Below, one piece after another: positions 32,450 through 43,394 of a stretch of DNA of 64,000 bases. The DNA is from Synechococcus sp. (lineage in GTDB: Bacteria; Cyanobacteriota; Cyanobacteriia; PCC-6307; Cyanobiaceae): assembly GCA_047284725.1 (NCBI GenBank), contig JBJBEO010000001.1, positions 1,944,203 through 2,008,202 on the forward strand. Reading direction: 5' to 3'. Position numbers and translations under genes: made by a program. Within the stretch, counting starts at the first letter, position 1. Every line of letters starts with the position of its first letter. Below the pieces are notes generated by a model. It saw nothing but the letters and a program-made list of their open reading frames with translations, did not search any database and was not told where the DNA came from.

Positions 32450-33166
32450 ATGGCTGCTGATCACACCTCCGGTCTGCGCCAAACACTCCTGTTGCCACCG
32501 ATGCGGCAAACGCACTGGAGAGAGGCCGTAGCGGATCAGCTGCAACAGCTACGCCCTGGATCTCTGGAGTTGATTTGCCATGAATGGCCGCTGGCCTGTC
32601 GCGATCTCACCGCGCTTGTTGAACTCCTGGGGGCATCGAATTTCAGCGTGGGGGCGGTGCAAACCACAGAACCCACCACCGCCATCGCAGCCCAGGCATT
32701 GGGCCTGACGGTGCAGCTCATCGAATGCAACGCAACCACCAACAAGGTCATCAGTCCTGACGTCCTCGTAGAGGACACCCCCAGGCTCCGTCTGCATCGG
32801 GGCACCTTGCGTTCGGGCGACCATCTTCAAACTCAAGGGGACCTTCTGGTGCTGGGCGACGTCAATCCTGGAGCCCGTGTCTCCGCGTCAGGCGATGTGA
32901 TGGTCTGGGGTCGCCTTCGGGGCATTGCCCACGCCGGCCAAGATGGTGACAGAGCAGCACGCATCATCGCGCTGCAACTGCGGCCCCTCCAGCTGCGTAT
33001 TGCCGACCGGGTGGCCAGAGGCCCTGACGACGACCCCCTGCCGGGCCTGACGGAAGAAGCCCACATTGAAACCGACGAAATTGTGATCAAACCGGCCAGT
33101 CCGCGGCTGAACGCACGGCTCATGGCTGCAAGCAATTCCCACGATCAGAACCAATCGCTGGCCTGA
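32450..33166 (+). CDS. minC: Septum site-determining protein MinC
   Basis: GTLRSG, GDVNPGA and GRLRGIAHAG motifs. Confidence 0.92.
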   Translation: MAADHTSGLRQTLLLPPMRQTHWREAVADQLQQLRPGSLELICHEWPLACRDLTALVELLGASNFSVGAVQTTEPTTAIAAQALGLTVQLIECNATTNKVISPDVLVEDTPRLRLHRGTLRSGDHLQTQGDLLVLGDVNPGARVSASGDVMVWGRLRGIAHAGQDGDRAARIIALQLRPLQLRIADRVARGPDDDPLPGLTEEAHIETDEIVIKPASPRLNARLMAASNSHDQNQSLA

Positions 33167-33208
33167 ATCTTCCGTCGCCATTAAGGTGGCGCGACTTCTT
33201 GGGACACC

Positions 33209-34024
33209 GTGGCGCCCACTTCGCGAACGATCCTGATCTGCTCCGGCAAGGGGGGGGTCGGCAAGACAACACTGACTGCAAACCTGGGCATCGCCCTGGC
33301 GAGGCTTGGTTTGCGCACGGTGGTGCTCGATGCCGACTTCGGCCTGCGCAACCTTGATCTGTTGCTGGGGCTTGAAAACAGAATTGTCTTCACAGCGCAA
33401 GAGGTGCTGGCTGAAAGCTGCCGCCTGGAGCAGGCTCTGGTGAAGCACAAACAGGAACCGAACCTGGCCCTGCTGCCAGCCGGCAACCCGCGGATGCTCG
33501 AGTGGCTCAAACCTGAAGACATGCAAACGATCGTGAGCATGCTTCAGAAACAGTTCGATTACGTGCTGATCGACTGCCCAGCAGGCATCGAGGATGGCTT
33601 TAAAAACGCAGTCGCCGCGGCCCAGGAAGCGATTGTGATCACCACACCTGAGGTCTCAGCCGTTCGTGATGCGGACCGGGTGATCGGTCTGCTCAACACC
33701 AACGGCGTGACCCCCGTGCAGCTGGTGTTGAACCGGGTACGGCCAAAAATGATGGTCAATCAGGAAATGTTGGCGGTGGACGACGTCACTGACATTCTGG
33801 CTCTTCCTCTGCTGGGTCTCGTACTCGAAGACGAACAGGTGATTGTGAGCACGAATCGAGGTGAACCCCTCACCCTGAACGGCAGCAGCTCACCAGCGGC
33901 CCGCGCCTATGGCAACGTAGCCCGTCGCCTGCAGGGGGAGGATGTTCCCCTGATGGATCCAGCAAAAGAGGGACGAGGGCTCCGAGCCAAGGTGCGCCGA
34001 CTGATGCAAAAGAAGATTTTTTGA
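33209..34024 (+). CDS. minD: Septum site-determining ATPase MinD
   Basis: [18 protein letters not shown] and IDCPAGIE motifs. Confidence 0.97.
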   Translation: MAPTSRTILICSGKGGVGKTTLTANLGIALARLGLRTVVLDADFGLRNLDLLLGLENRIVFTAQEVLAESCRLEQALVKHKQEPNLALLPAGNPRMLEWLKPEDMQTIVSMLQKQFDYVLIDCPAGIEDGFKNAVAAAQEAIVITTPEVSAVRDADRVIGLLNTNGVTPVQLVLNRVRPKMMVNQEMLAVDDVTDILALPLLGLVLEDEQVIVSTNRGEPLTLNGSSSPAARAYGNVARRLQGEDVPLMDPAKEGRGLRAKVRRLMQKKIF

Positions 34025-34029
34025 ATTCG

Positions 34030-34311
34030 ATGACCCTGCGCGACATACTCGACAAATTGCTGAGACGGCAACCCGCCAGTGCCAGCACCGCCAGAGAACG
34101 GCTGCAGCTGGTGCTGGCCCATGACCGCAGTGATCTGAGCCCTGAACTGCTTGATCAAATGCGTCGTGAAATTTTTGAAGTCGTTGCCCGTTACGTCGAA
34201 GTGGACCTCGACGAGGGTGATGTCAGCCTTGAAACAGAAGACCGGGTGACGGCACTGGTTGCCAACCTGCCGATCCGCAGACCGCTAGCGGTCAACCGCA
34301 ACGACGTCTGA
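34030..34311 (+). CDS. minE: Cell division topological specificity factor MinE
   Basis: [13 protein letters not shown] and ANLPIRR. Confidence 0.95.
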   Translation: MTLRDILDKLLRRQPASASTARERLQLVLAHDRSDLSPELLDQMRREIFEVVARYVEVDLDEGDVSLETEDRVTALVANLPIRRPLAVNRNDV

Positions 34312-34368
34312 GCCTTTCAGGCTGCAATCGCAGGGGAAGACTTTCAACAGCTTTTTGGACGTTCTGAG

Positions 34369-34611
34369 ATGCCTCCGGTTTGCCTGAGTCCCGCCGAACG
34401 GGCCGTCACTGATCTCCTGTTGGTCGGTCTGAGCAACAAATCCATTGCCCGGGAGCTCGTTCTCAGCGTGCGCACCATCGAATCGCATGTCAGTCATGCC
34501 TTGATGAAAACCGGCTGCCGCAACCGGCTCGAACTGGCGATGTGGCTATTGCGTCACCAATCCGGCGCCGCCGTGGAGCAGGCCGGTAAACTTCCCAAGA
34601 CGCCGGCTTAG
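34369..34611 (+). CDS. Stand-alone LuxR-type HTH regulator
   Basis: LSPAE...GLSNKSIARELVLSVRTIESHVSHALMKTGCRNR. Confidence 0.88.
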   Translation: MPPVCLSPAERAVTDLLLVGLSNKSIARELVLSVRTIESHVSHALMKTGCRNRLELAMWLLRHQSGAAVEQAGKLPKTPA

Positions 34612-34673
34612 CTCAGCGGTAGAGCAGCGCTTTTGTAAAGCGAAGGCCATCGGTTCAAATCCGTTAGCCGGCT
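34602..34673 (+). tRNA. tRNA-Thr(TGT)
   Basis: GCCGGCT acceptor, TT-TGT-AA loop and GGTTCAAATCC T-arm. Confidence 0.95.
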
Positions 34674-34705
34674 TGAATCTCTTCATGGCTGCCACAGCAA
34701 ACGGC

Positions 34706-34870
34706 TCACTGCTCCCTGGGCCGTCCTGTCAGAAGCCAGAACCCAAGAAGAGCAAGCAGCCAGGGCAGACTCGTCAGGCTGAGCCACGCCGTGGCGAGGT
34801 GCGCTAATGGATCGAGCACCCAGAACCCCACCACCTGAAGCCCGAGAATGATGGCGATCAACCAGAGCAT
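34706..34870 (-). CDS. 54-aa membrane protein
   Basis: MLWLIAIILGLQVVGFWVLDPL...LLALLGFWLL. Overlaps the tsaC 3' end. Confidence 0.6.
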   Translation of the reverse strand: MLWLIAIILGLQVVGFWVLDPLAHLATAWLSLTSLPWLLALLGFWLLTGRPREQ

Positions 34871-35490
34871 GACGGCTTGGGAACAACTCCATCGGGCATC
34901 ACAGCACCCTGGCGCAAGAGGCGCCACTGACCGCAGGCCTCCCACGCCAACACCGTACTGGCCTGCGCCTGCGGTAATGGCCAGGGGGCTGGTCCAAGGC
35001 AGGGCAAAGCCGGAAAATATGTTTGCGCCTGCGGCGGATTCAAGGCGGCCGGAAGGCCTGACGGATTGGCACTCGTCGTCGCCAGAGGACCGCTCAGAGT
35101 CATGAGATCGCGGGCTTGTGCACAAGCGGGGAGCCTGAGGCCCAGCGTCGATGCTCCTGGATGAAGAGATTGAAGAATGGCTTGAGGCAAGGGGTCCGGC
35201 GCCACAGGCACCACCAGCGTTAAGGCCCCTGGCCAGTACTGCTTAGCAAGAAAGACCAAGTCAGCTTGAGCCTCCGGCGCCGCACACTGAACAAGAGGTA
35301 CAGGCGAGGACGCCATCAAGATCAGCGGCTTATCCGCCGGACGTTGCTTCAACGTCCAGATCTGCTCCGCATGGGCAGGCAAGGCCACCAAGGCCGGGAG
35401 CGTATCAGTCGGCATCAGCCCTGCAGATCCTGCTTGCAGGCGCGTAGCGAGCTCAGCCGCTGACAGAAACAGAGGCTGCTGGCCACCCAT
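34858..35490 (-). CDS. tsaC: L-threonylcarbamoyladenylate synthase (Sua5/YrdC)
   Basis: PTDT, LKQRPADKPLIL, WPGALTLV and TTSANPSG motifs. Confidence 0.9.
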   Translation of the reverse strand: MGGQQPLFLSAAELATRLQAGSAGLMPTDTLPALVALPAHAEQIWTLKQRPADKPLILMASSPVPLVQCAAPEAQADLVFLAKQYWPGALTLVVPVAPDPLPQAILQSLHPGASTLGLRLPACAQARDLMTLSGPLATTSANPSGLPAALNPPQAQTYFPALPCLGPAPWPLPQAQASTVLAWEACGQWRLLRQGAVMPDGVVPKPSCSG

Positions 35491-35516
35491 GACACGTTTA
35501 CTGGGGAACAACCCCT

Positions 35517-36410
35517 TCAGACTGCACGACGGGCGATCGCAAAACGCCGAATGCCTTGACAATCCTTGACGGCTTGCATCTCTTCAAGTCCCGCCGCTGC
35601 CATCAGAGCCAACACACCAGCGCTCTGATCGTGGTGATGCTCCAGCAACAACCAACCTCCTGGGGCCAGGGCGACGGGAGCGCCCGCAATGATGTCGCGG
35701 CAGCAGATCAGTCCATCACGACCGCCATCCAGGGCAAGGAGGGGCTCGTGATCGCGCACAACCGGATCCAAATGATTCACCACCTCAGTGGGGATGTAGG
35801 GGGGATTCGACACCACCAAGGTCAATTCTCCCCAGAAGGCCTTCAGTGGTTGCCACCAATGACCTCGATGCAGACACCAGGTCGCAGAGCTGGCCCACTG
35901 CTCCAGATTGCAACGGGCCAGGGCAAGGGCCTTCTCACTGCAATCCACCGCGTGCCCCTGCCATCCCTGCAACAGACGCGCCAAGGCAACAGCCATTGCA
36001 CCGGAGCCGGTACCAAGGTCAGCCCATCTCGGCTTTTGCAGCGGAGATGGGGGCAGCGACGCTGCGACCTGAACAGCCAAATCAACGAGTTGCTCAGTGT
36101 CCTGACGAGGGATCAGAGCATCGGGAGACACCCTCAACTCGAAATCGCGCCAGGGACAACACCCCACCAGATGCTGCAAGGGCTTGTGATCAACCAGATG
36201 ACAGCGCCACCACCGGTCAAGATCATCAAGCGAACAGCTCAGCTTCACGTCCGCTGACTCAGGGTCGAGCTGAAGTTTCTGCAGGTCCGCCCAGCGAAGA
36301 CCTCCACCGAGGTCCAACAACCAATCCAGGTCAACCGACCGACCACCCTCTGCAAGGCGCGCGCGACGCCACGTCAGTAGATCGGATCCCCTGATTGGCT
36401 GTGATCGCAT
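35517..36410 (-). CDS. prmC: Release factor glutamine methyltransferase
   Basis: PLQHLVG, LIPRQDTE, DLGTGSG, SNPPYI and HEP.LALDGG motifs. Confidence 0.93.
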   Translation of the reverse strand: MRSQPIRGSDLLTWRRARLAEGGRSVDLDWLLDLGGGLRWADLQKLQLDPESADVKLSCSLDDLDRWWRCHLVDHKPLQHLVGCCPWRDFELRVSPDALIPRQDTEQLVDLAVQVAASLPPSPLQKPRWADLGTGSGAMAVALARLLQGWQGHAVDCSEKALALARCNLEQWASSATWCLHRGHWWQPLKAFWGELTLVVSNPPYIPTEVVNHLDPVVRDHEPLLALDGGRDGLICCRDIIAGAPVALAPGGWLLLEHHHDQSAGVLALMAAAGLEEMQAVKDCQGIRRFAIARRAV

Positions 36411-36418
36411 CCATCCAG

Positions 36419-37540
36419 CTAAGCAAGACGCCAACGCATGCCGGGCTCAGCCCTCAGCACTCCCTCCAGCTCGAGCTGCACCAACTGCTCAGCCAGGTGC
36501 GACGACGACCTGCCCAGCTGACTGGCCAACCGAGGAAGGCTGGCACCATCTTCGAGCAGCGCCATCAGAGCTGGATCAGCCTCCGCGAGGCGATGCTGCG
36601 CATTCACTGTGTTCTCCGTGGAGGCAGATGCTTCCGCAAGCGCCCGAAGTGGTGAGGGCAGCGGTGGTGCCCCCAGCGACTGCACCCATGACGCCACATC
36701 CACAAGGGGCTGGGCATCCTTCTGCAGCAAGTGGTTGCTCCCCTGGGCGGACGACCGCATCACGTCTGCAGGCATGGCCCAAAGAGAACGTCCCTGGAGC
36801 AACGCCTCACGCGCCGAGATCAATGCACCGCTCTCCATCGGGCACTCCACCACCACCACCGCTCGCGACAGCGCCACCAGCAGGCGGTTGCGCAAGACAA
36901 AACTCGATCGCCGAACCCGACCGCCAAGAGCCAGCTCAGTGACAACCAAACCCGAATCAGCCACCTGAACCTGCAAAGGGGCATGTTCAGGTGGATACAC
37001 ACGGTCCAATGGCGTTCCCACGACAGCCACCGGTTGACCTCCACCAGCCAAACAGCCCCGATGGACGGCAGCATCAATTCCCTCGGCCAACCCACTGACC
37101 ACAGGCCATCCAGCCCTGGCAAGAGCCTCGCCAAGGGATTCAGCCGCTCGAAGTCCGTGCAGAGAAGGTCTTCGAGACCCCACCACGGCAATAGCCTGAC
37201 CTGCAAGAAGCGAAGCCAGGCGACTGGGGTGACCTTGCCAAAAGAGAGCGACGGGGGGCCGCCTCAAACGGGCCAAGCCCTTTGGCCATAAACGGTCAAC
37301 CGGAAGCAGAACCTGATCAGGCACCTCCAAACCTGGCTCTGAGCCCAGGCTGACTCGATAAGCATCAACTGAATTCAGCAGGCTGAATGGCCAACCCAGT
37401 TCAGCCTGCAGGCGCTTGCTCGACCACGTCCAGAGCATGGCCAGGCTGATGCCTTCACGGCAAGCCAGGCCTTGCAGCTGAGCCATCCGAGCCACCCCAA
37501 CCCCCGGACACCGAGACCAGATCCACCACCAACGCCTCAC
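36419..37540 (-). CDS. dprA: DNA-processing protein DprA
   Basis: AVVGSR, VSGLAEGIDAAVH, RNRLLVALS, SGALISA and GSNHLL motifs. GTG start at 37540 is inferred. Confidence 0.92.
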   Translation of the reverse strand: MRRWWWIWSRCPGVGVARMAQLQGLACREGISLAMLWTWSSKRLQAELGWPFSLLNSVDAYRVSLGSEPGLEVPDQVLLPVDRLWPKGLARLRRPPVALFWQGHPSRLASLLAGQAIAVVGSRRPSLHGLRAAESLGEALARAGWPVVSGLAEGIDAAVHRGCLAGGGQPVAVVGTPLDRVYPPEHAPLQVQVADSGLVVTELALGGRVRRSSFVLRNRLLVALSRAVVVVECPMESGALISAREALLQGRSLWAMPADVMRSSAQGSNHLLQKDAQPLVDVASWVQSLGAPPLPSPLRALAEASASTENTVNAQHRLAEADPALMALLEDGASLPRLASQLGRSSSHLAEQLVQLELEGVLRAEPGMRWRLA

Positions 37541-37549
37541 ATCACCAAT

Positions 37550-37565
37550 TAGTACGCATGAACTA
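37550..37565. promoter_or_regulatory. LexA-box-like palindrome upstream of dprA
   Basis: TAGTAC-GCAT-GAACTA, one mismatch from the cyanobacterial AGTAC-N4-GTACT. Confidence 0.55.
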
Positions 37566-38027
37566 TTCTCCCATGGGCTTGCCGGGCGGGCCAAGGACCA
37601 ATGCCTGCAAGCCCTCCCTGAGCACAAGAGGTGGACGCCTGAGCACCGAAGCACGCCCACCTTCCAGCTGCACAATCACCAGCTCAACCTCAGCCTCGGC
37701 CATACAGGTCCCATCGGGCAGGCAAAAACGAGCCGACCAGGGCCAGCGAGCACCACGACGCGGCAATGCAATGCTCTCGAGCACCACAAGGTCGCCGTGA
37801 CAGAGCGACTGGCGGTAGTGAATCTGCAGTCGCACCACTGGCATTTCATAGCCCTGGCCAGCAACGGAGGCATACGACAAGCCAGCAGCAGCCAGAGCTT
37901 CCACCCTCGCTTCCTCCAACCAGGCCACATAGGCTCCATGCCACATCACGCCAGCGTGATCGGTGTGCTGAGGAAGCACTGTCTTCTCAAGTCGCCAGGG
38001 CTGCGTCGTAACGCTCTCAGTCACCAT
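37563..38027 (-). CDS. Acyl-CoA thioesterase (4HBT/YbgC family)
   Basis: HTDHAGVMWHGAYVAWLEEAR. Confidence 0.88.
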   Translation of the reverse strand: MVTESVTTQPWRLEKTVLPQHTDHAGVMWHGAYVAWLEEARVEALAAAGLSYASVAGQGYEMPVVRLQIHYRQSLCHGDLVVLESIALPRRGARWPWSARFCLPDGTCMAEAEVELVIVQLEGGRASVLRRPPLVLREGLQALVLGPPGKPMGE

Positions 38028-38079
38028 GTCTCTTGGGCGGGAGTCTCGCCATAGGCTGCTTCACAGCAAAACCAAGCCC

Positions 38080-38928
38080 GTGTTCAAGAACCTGCTGATC
38101 GCCGATTCCGGCAAAGGGCATGTGGAAGAAATGGTGAAAATGCTGAGGGATCTGCCGGGATTCCGCGCCGCCAGGGTCAACCTTCTCCATGTCGTTCCCG
38201 AGCAAGGCAAAGCCGGTGCGGAAGACCACTGGGCAGACGCGGCCAACCTGATGAAGGAGGCCATCAGCCGGATGGGCCTCGATGCAAGCGAAGTGAATTC
38301 GATCATTCGCAACGGCGATGCCAAGCAAACCGTGCTCAAGGTGGCCGAAGAACTCGACGCCGATCTGATCCTGATGGGCTCTCGCGGCCTGGGACGCCTG
38401 CAGTCAATCCTCTCCAACAGCACAAGCCAGTACGTTTTCCAGCTGTCCACGCGTCCAATGCTTCTGGTGCGCGACGACCTCTACGTGAGGCACGTCAATC
38501 GGGTCATGGTGACCGTGGACGGCACCGGGGTGGGCGATGACGCCCTGAAATTGGCCTGCGAGATGGTGCGCGACATTCCCGGCGGCCAGCTCACAGGAGT
38601 GCACGTGGCACGCCAGGAGCCTGTGGCATCAAGAGGAGCCAGCAACAAAGGTGATGAGCTCCTCAACGCCGCAGTGCAACGCGCACGAAGCTTGGGGGTC
38701 GACATGAAGCCCCTGCACGTCACCGACGCCGACATCGGCCGGGGAGTTTGCAAAGCAGCTGCAGACTCCAATGCTGATCTGGTGGTGATCGCCTCCCAGG
38801 ATCGCCGTCCACTCGTTGCCCGCGGGCTTGTGGATCTCGACAAACTGCTTGGGGGCTCCGTGAGTGACTACATCAGGGTTCATGCCCCTGCACCAGTGAT
38901 GCTGGTGCGGGAACCGGAGCGGCGCTAA
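38080..38928 (+). CDS. Tandem-domain universal stress protein
   Basis: Two Usp domains (DLILMGSRG; LLGGSVSDYIRVHAPAPVMLVR). Confidence 0.9.
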   Translation: MFKNLLIADSGKGHVEEMVKMLRDLPGFRAARVNLLHVVPEQGKAGAEDHWADAANLMKEAISRMGLDASEVNSIIRNGDAKQTVLKVAEELDADLILMGSRGLGRLQSILSNSTSQYVFQLSTRPMLLVRDDLYVRHVNRVMVTVDGTGVGDDALKLACEMVRDIPGGQLTGVHVARQEPVASRGASNKGDELLNAAVQRARSLGVDMKPLHVTDADIGRGVCKAAADSNADLVVIASQDRRPLVARGLVDLDKLLGGSVSDYIRVHAPAPVMLVREPERR

Positions 38929-38953
38929 GCGCTCGCTCCGAGGCGATGCCGGA

Positions 38954-39058
38954 TCAACCCTGACGGCTGTTGGTCTGGATATAAAGGATGATCAAAAAAA
39001 CAGTTGGAACCAGAACGAACAGAAGACTGGCAACAAAGCCGAGATCGTTGGTTTCCAT
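38954..39058 (-). CDS. psbM: Photosystem II protein M
   Basis: Manual translation [34 protein letters not shown]. Confidence 0.95.
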   Translation of the reverse strand: METNDLGFVASLLFVLVPTVFLIILYIQTNSRQG

Positions 39059-39117
39059 GACTGAAAAAAGATGCATCTGGAAGGTATCACCGTTCGGGGA
39101 CCTTCCGAAGCGATGCT

Positions 39118-39624
39118 TCAGCGCTCGTCATCGGGCGTAGCAGCTTCAGCATCAGCTGGTGAAGCAACGGAAGCCCTGATGACATCACCGTCGCTGACGT
39201 CGCCGGATTGTCCCTCCGCCTCATCATCATCAGACTCAACCACCGGCCAGGAGGTCGGCCCTGAAGGGAGAGGCTCAGCCGATGCTTCAGCAAGCTTGCC
39301 GTCGCGATCTGGGAGACCCGTCTGCGGCTTGGTGAGAACTATCACTGACTGCCGCACCAACGTCTGACAACCCAGGCGCCATTGCTCGGGTCGACGCTTC
39401 AACTTGAGCTCTTCCACCGAGGTCCGAGGGGATAACGCATCAGGCCCAGCCATGCCCGCCACTTCAACGAAGCAGGTGATGCACTGACCACAGCCGTTGC
39501 AGTTCCCAAGACGGCCCTTGAGGCCGTAGAGCTCGATCCCCTCCCGCAAAGCGACGTCGCGCAGATTTTCGCCTGGATAGCACTCCACATCACGCCCCTC
39601 ACGAACAAAACGGATCACGGGCAT
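39118..39624 (-). CDS. 2Fe-2S ferredoxin-like protein with acidic tail
   Basis: [11 protein letters not shown]...RLGCQ. Confidence 0.88.
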   Translation of the reverse strand: MPVIRFVREGRDVECYPGENLRDVALREGIELYGLKGRLGNCNGCGQCITCFVEVAGMAGPDALSPRTSVEELKLKRRPEQWRLGCQTLVRQSVIVLTKPQTGLPDRDGKLAEASAEPLPSGPTSWPVVESDDDEAEGQSGDVSDGDVIRASVASPADAEAATPDDER

Positions 39625-39879
39625 GGGCGCCACCAAGAGCAATTGGCAACCATTGTGGGGCTCAGCGTTTCGTTTTGTAACCGCGGCAACTCCAGCAGCG
39701 GTCACGCGCCATAACCCCACGAGGGAGCGGCACGACAGGGGCAAGAGATCCACAACACCACCAAACTCCACGCCCTGGCACGTTGCAGCTCGCGACAGCT
39801 GAGCACGAAGGATCAGCCACGCCCCTTACGATCACCGGGTCTGGCTGCATCAGCAGCTTCGTTCCCCCGAACCTGACCC

Positions 39880-41439
39880 ATGGGATTGCCCTGGTATCGG
39901 GTGCACACGGTCGTGATCAACGACCCCGGCCGACTGTTGGCCGTGCACCTCATGCACACAGCCCTCGTCGCCGGCTGGGCCGGCTCGATGGCCCTCTACG
40001 AACTCGCCATTTTTGACCCATCGGATCCAGTCCTGAATCCGATGTGGCGTCAGGGCATGTTTGTGATGCCCTTCATGGCCCGCCTCGGTGTAACCGGGAG
40101 CTGGGGTGGCTGGAGCATCACCGGTGAAACCGGTGTTGATCCTGGCTTCTGGAGCTTTGAAGGCGTTGCGGCGGCCCACATCATTTTCAGCGGATTGCTG
40201 ATGCTTGCCGCCATCTGGCACTGGACCTACTGGGATCTCGAGATCTGGCAGGACCCCCGCACTGGAGAGCCTGCACTCGATCTCCCCAAGATCTTCGGCA
40301 TCCACCTGCTTCTCGCCGGTCTTGGTTGCTTCGGCTTTGGTGCCTTCCATCTCACCGGAGTCTTCGGACCCGGCATGTGGATCTCCGATCCGTACGGTCT
40401 CAGTGGGCACCTCGAAGCGGTGCAACCGTCCTGGGGGCCGGACGGATTCAACCCGTTCAATCCGGGCGGCATTGTTGCTCACCACATCGCAGCAGGCATT
40501 GTTGGCATCGTTGCCGGTGTTTTCCACATCAGCACGCGTCCACCCGAACGCCTCTACAAAGCTCTTCGGATGGGCAACATCGAGACCGTGCTCTCCAGTG
40601 CGATTGCAGCCGTTTTCTTCGCGGCATTCATTGTTGCTGGAACTATGTGGTACGGCTCTGCGGCAACCCCTGTTGAGCTGTTTGGCCCTACCCGTTATCA
40701 ATGGGATCAGAGCTACTTCAAAACTGAAATCAACCGTCGCGTGCAAACCGCGATGGATGAAGGCTCTTCCGTGGAAGACGCCTATGCCTCCATCCCTGAG
40801 AAGCTCGCCTTCTACGACTACGTTGGCAACAGCCCTGCTAAGGGTGGCCTGTTCCGCGTCGGACCCATGGTGAATGGTGATGGTCTGCCAACAGGCTGGC
40901 TTGGACATATTGCTTTCACCGACAAAGAAGGACGCGATCTCCAGGTGAGGCGTCTTCCCAACTTCTTCGAGAATTTCCCTGTTGTTCTGGAAGACAGTGA
41001 TGGAGTCGTTCGAGGTGACATCCCCTTCCGTCGTGCTGAAGCGAAGTACTCCTTCGAGCAGCAAGGCATCACTGCTGCCGTTTATGGCGGCGCCCTGGAC
41101 GGACAAACCTTCACTGATCCCGCTGACGTGAAGCGTCTTGCTCGCAAGGCACAACTCGGTGAAGCGTTCGAATTCGATCGCGAGACCTACAACTCGGACG
41201 GCACCTTCCGCAGCTCACCTCGTGGTTGGTTCACCTTCGGCCATGCCACGTTTGCGTTGTTATTCTTCTTTGGCCATATCTGGCACGGTGCTCGCACCCT
41301 CTACCGTGATGTGTTCGCTGGTGTTGATCCTGACCTTGGTGAACAGGTGGAATTCGGCCTGTTCCAGAAACTGGGCGACAAATCCACCCGTCGTCTACCC
41401 GAGGGCTATGTGCCCCCGGCCGGTTCACCCCTTAGCTGA
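39880..41439 (+). CDS. psbB: Photosystem II CP47
   Basis: [18 protein letters not shown], full-length. Confidence 0.99.
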   Translation: MGLPWYRVHTVVINDPGRLLAVHLMHTALVAGWAGSMALYELAIFDPSDPVLNPMWRQGMFVMPFMARLGVTGSWGGWSITGETGVDPGFWSFEGVAAAHIIFSGLLMLAAIWHWTYWDLEIWQDPRTGEPALDLPKIFGIHLLLAGLGCFGFGAFHLTGVFGPGMWISDPYGLSGHLEAVQPSWGPDGFNPFNPGGIVAHHIAAGIVGIVAGVFHISTRPPERLYKALRMGNIETVLSSAIAAVFFAAFIVAGTMWYGSAATPVELFGPTRYQWDQSYFKTEINRRVQTAMDEGSSVEDAYASIPEKLAFYDYVGNSPAKGGLFRVGPMVNGDGLPTGWLGHIAFTDKEGRDLQVRRLPNFFENFPVVLEDSDGVVRGDIPFRRAEAKYSFEQQGITAAVYGGALDGQTFTDPADVKRLARKAQLGEAFEFDRETYNSDGTFRSSPRGWFTFGHATFALLFFFGHIWHGARTLYRDVFAGVDPDLGEQVEFGLFQKLGDKSTRRLPEGYVPPAGSPLS

Positions 41440-41460
41440 TCGCCCCTCCGGAGATTCTCG

Positions 41461-41556
41461 ATGGAAAGCTTCGCTTACATCCTCATCCTCACCCTGGCGA
41501 TTGCCACCCTCTTCTTTGCGATCGCCTTTCGCGATCCACCGAAGATCGGCAAGTAA
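41461..41556 (+). CDS. psbT: Photosystem II protein T
   Basis: [31 protein letters not shown]. Confidence 0.96.
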   Translation: MESFAYILILTLAIATLFFAIAFRDPPKIGK

Positions 41557-41575
41557 TCCAGAACGTGACCACTTC

Positions 41576-41600
41576 ACCTCGCCATCAGGCGGGGTTTTTT
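41576..41600 (+). terminator. psbBT terminator
   Basis: ACCTCGCC-ATCA-GGCGGGGT plus T-tract. Confidence 0.8.
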
Positions 41601-41715
41601 ATTGCCCATACCAAGCACAACTGCCAGAAACCGATCCTTGGAAAACAAACAACTGTTCAGGACTCGACACCGCGTCTAAAGTTGGTACAAAGATGACATT
41701 CGGAGATTGCCGGGC

Positions 41716-42189
41716 GTGCAGTGCCCTTCCTGCCAAAACACAGATAGCCGTGTGTTGGAATCACGCTCTGCCGACAGCGGCAAAAGCGTGAGGCGGAGAC
41801 GCGAATGCCTCAATTGCGAATTTCGTTTCACCACCTACGAGCGGGTGGAAACGATGCCGATCACGGTGCTGAAGCGCAATGGAACCCGCGAAAGCTTCAG
41901 CCGCACGAAACTTCTGCACGGTCTTGGTAGAGCCTGTGAAAAAACCGGAGTGAACGCGAGCCGACTGGAAACCGTGGTGGATGACATCGAGTCGGCACTC
42001 CAGCAACGCAGCAACCGTGATGTGACCAGTCAGGAAATCGGCGAGATGGTGCTCGCTCAACTGAAAGACCTCAGCGAAGTGGCCTATGTGCGATTCGCAT
42101 CGGTGTATCGCCAGTTTCAGGGCATCAGCGATTTCATCGCCACGCTCGAAGACATGCACACAAGCCCTGAAACGTTGGTGATGCTCTGA
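41716..42189 (+). CDS. nrdR: Transcriptional repressor NrdR
   Basis: CPSC..SRVLESR..RRRREC..C..RFTTYE, ATP-cone and [10 protein letters not shown]. Confidence 0.96.
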   Translation: MQCPSCQNTDSRVLESRSADSGKSVRRRRECLNCEFRFTTYERVETMPITVLKRNGTRESFSRTKLLHGLGRACEKTGVNASRLETVVDDIESALQQRSNRDVTSQEIGEMVLAQLKDLSEVAYVRFASVYRQFQGISDFIATLEDMHTSPETLVML

Positions 42190-42290
42190 GCCGAAGGCTC
42201 ATCTGTAGAGTGTGAGATTGATTGTCTGAGGTCGGCGGGCCTCGGCCTTCACTCACTTCGCACTGCCTCCGGGCAGACCGCCAACCCCCT

Positions 42291-43376
42291 ATGTCTGTCA
42301 CCTCCACCGATCAGGTTCAGGACCCCGCAGCAACCAGCGAGCAGGATGCGGCGGTCGAAGCCACCGACGTGATGGCTGATGCCTTTCCCGACGAGGACCT
42401 GAGCATTCCGGAGGATGTGCCCAGCGCTGATGATCCCAGCAGCAGGGCCAACCCACGCGATCTCGAGAGCGCTGGCTTCTCCATCGACGAGTTCGCTGCC
42501 CTGCTGAGCAAATACGACTACAACTTCAAGCCTGGCGACATCGTCAACGGCACCGTATTCGCCCTTGAATCCAAGGGCGCGATGATCGACATCGGCGCCA
42601 AAACGGCTGCCTTTATGCCGATGCAGGAGGTGTCGATCAACCGCGTTGAAGGACTGAGCGACGTTCTCCAGCCGGGAGAGGTGCGCGAGTTCTTCATCAT
42701 GAGTGAGGAGAACGAAGACGGTCAGCTCGCTCTCTCCATCCGCCGCATCGAGTACCAACGCGCTTGGGAACGGGTTCGCCAGCTGCAAAAGGAAGACGCG
42801 ACGATCTACTCCGAAGTGTTCGCCACGAACCGCGGTGGTGCACTTGTCCGTGTGGAGGGCCTGCGTGGCTTCATCCCCGGCAGTCATATCAGCACCCGCA
42901 AGCCGAAGGAAGAGCTGGTCGCTGACTTCCTTCCTCTCAAATTCCTTGAGGTCGACGAGGAGCGCAACCGCCTGGTGCTCAGCCATCGCCGCGCCCTTGT
43001 GGAGCGCAAGATGAATCGCCTCGAGGTGGGCGAAGTGGTGCTCGGGACCGTTCGTGGCATCAAGCCCTACGGAGCATTCATCGATATCGGGGGCGTCAGC
43101 GGTCTGCTGCACATCTCCGAAATCAGCCATGAGCACATCGAGACTCCTCACTCTGTGCTGAATGTCAATGATCAGATGAAGGTGATGATCATTGACCTTG
43201 ATGCAGAACGTGGACGGATATCCCTCTCCACAAAAGCCCTCGAGCCAGAACCCGGAGACATGCTCACCGACCCCCAGAAGGTGTTCGACAAAGCTGAGGA
43301 AATGGCCGCTCGCTACAAGCAGATGCTGCTCGAGCAGGCTGAGGAAGGTGAAGAGGCTTACGGCATGATGGGCTGA
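42291..43376 (+). CDS. rpsA: 30S ribosomal protein S1
   Basis: Three S1 domains (IDIGAKTAAF, NRGGALV, GLLHISEIS). Confidence 0.95.
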   Translation: MSVTSTDQVQDPAATSEQDAAVEATDVMADAFPDEDLSIPEDVPSADDPSSRANPRDLESAGFSIDEFAALLSKYDYNFKPGDIVNGTVFALESKGAMIDIGAKTAAFMPMQEVSINRVEGLSDVLQPGEVREFFIMSEENEDGQLALSIRRIEYQRAWERVRQLQKEDATIYSEVFATNRGGALVRVEGLRGFIPGSHISTRKPKEELVADFLPLKFLEVDEERNRLVLSHRRALVERKMNRLEVGEVVLGTVRGIKPYGAFIDIGGVSGLLHISEISHEHIETPHSVLNVNDQMKVMIIDLDAERGRISLSTKALEPEPGDMLTDPQKVFDKAEEMAARYKQMLLEQAEEGEEAYGMMG

Positions 43377-43394
43377 TTCTTCAATCACCAATCC

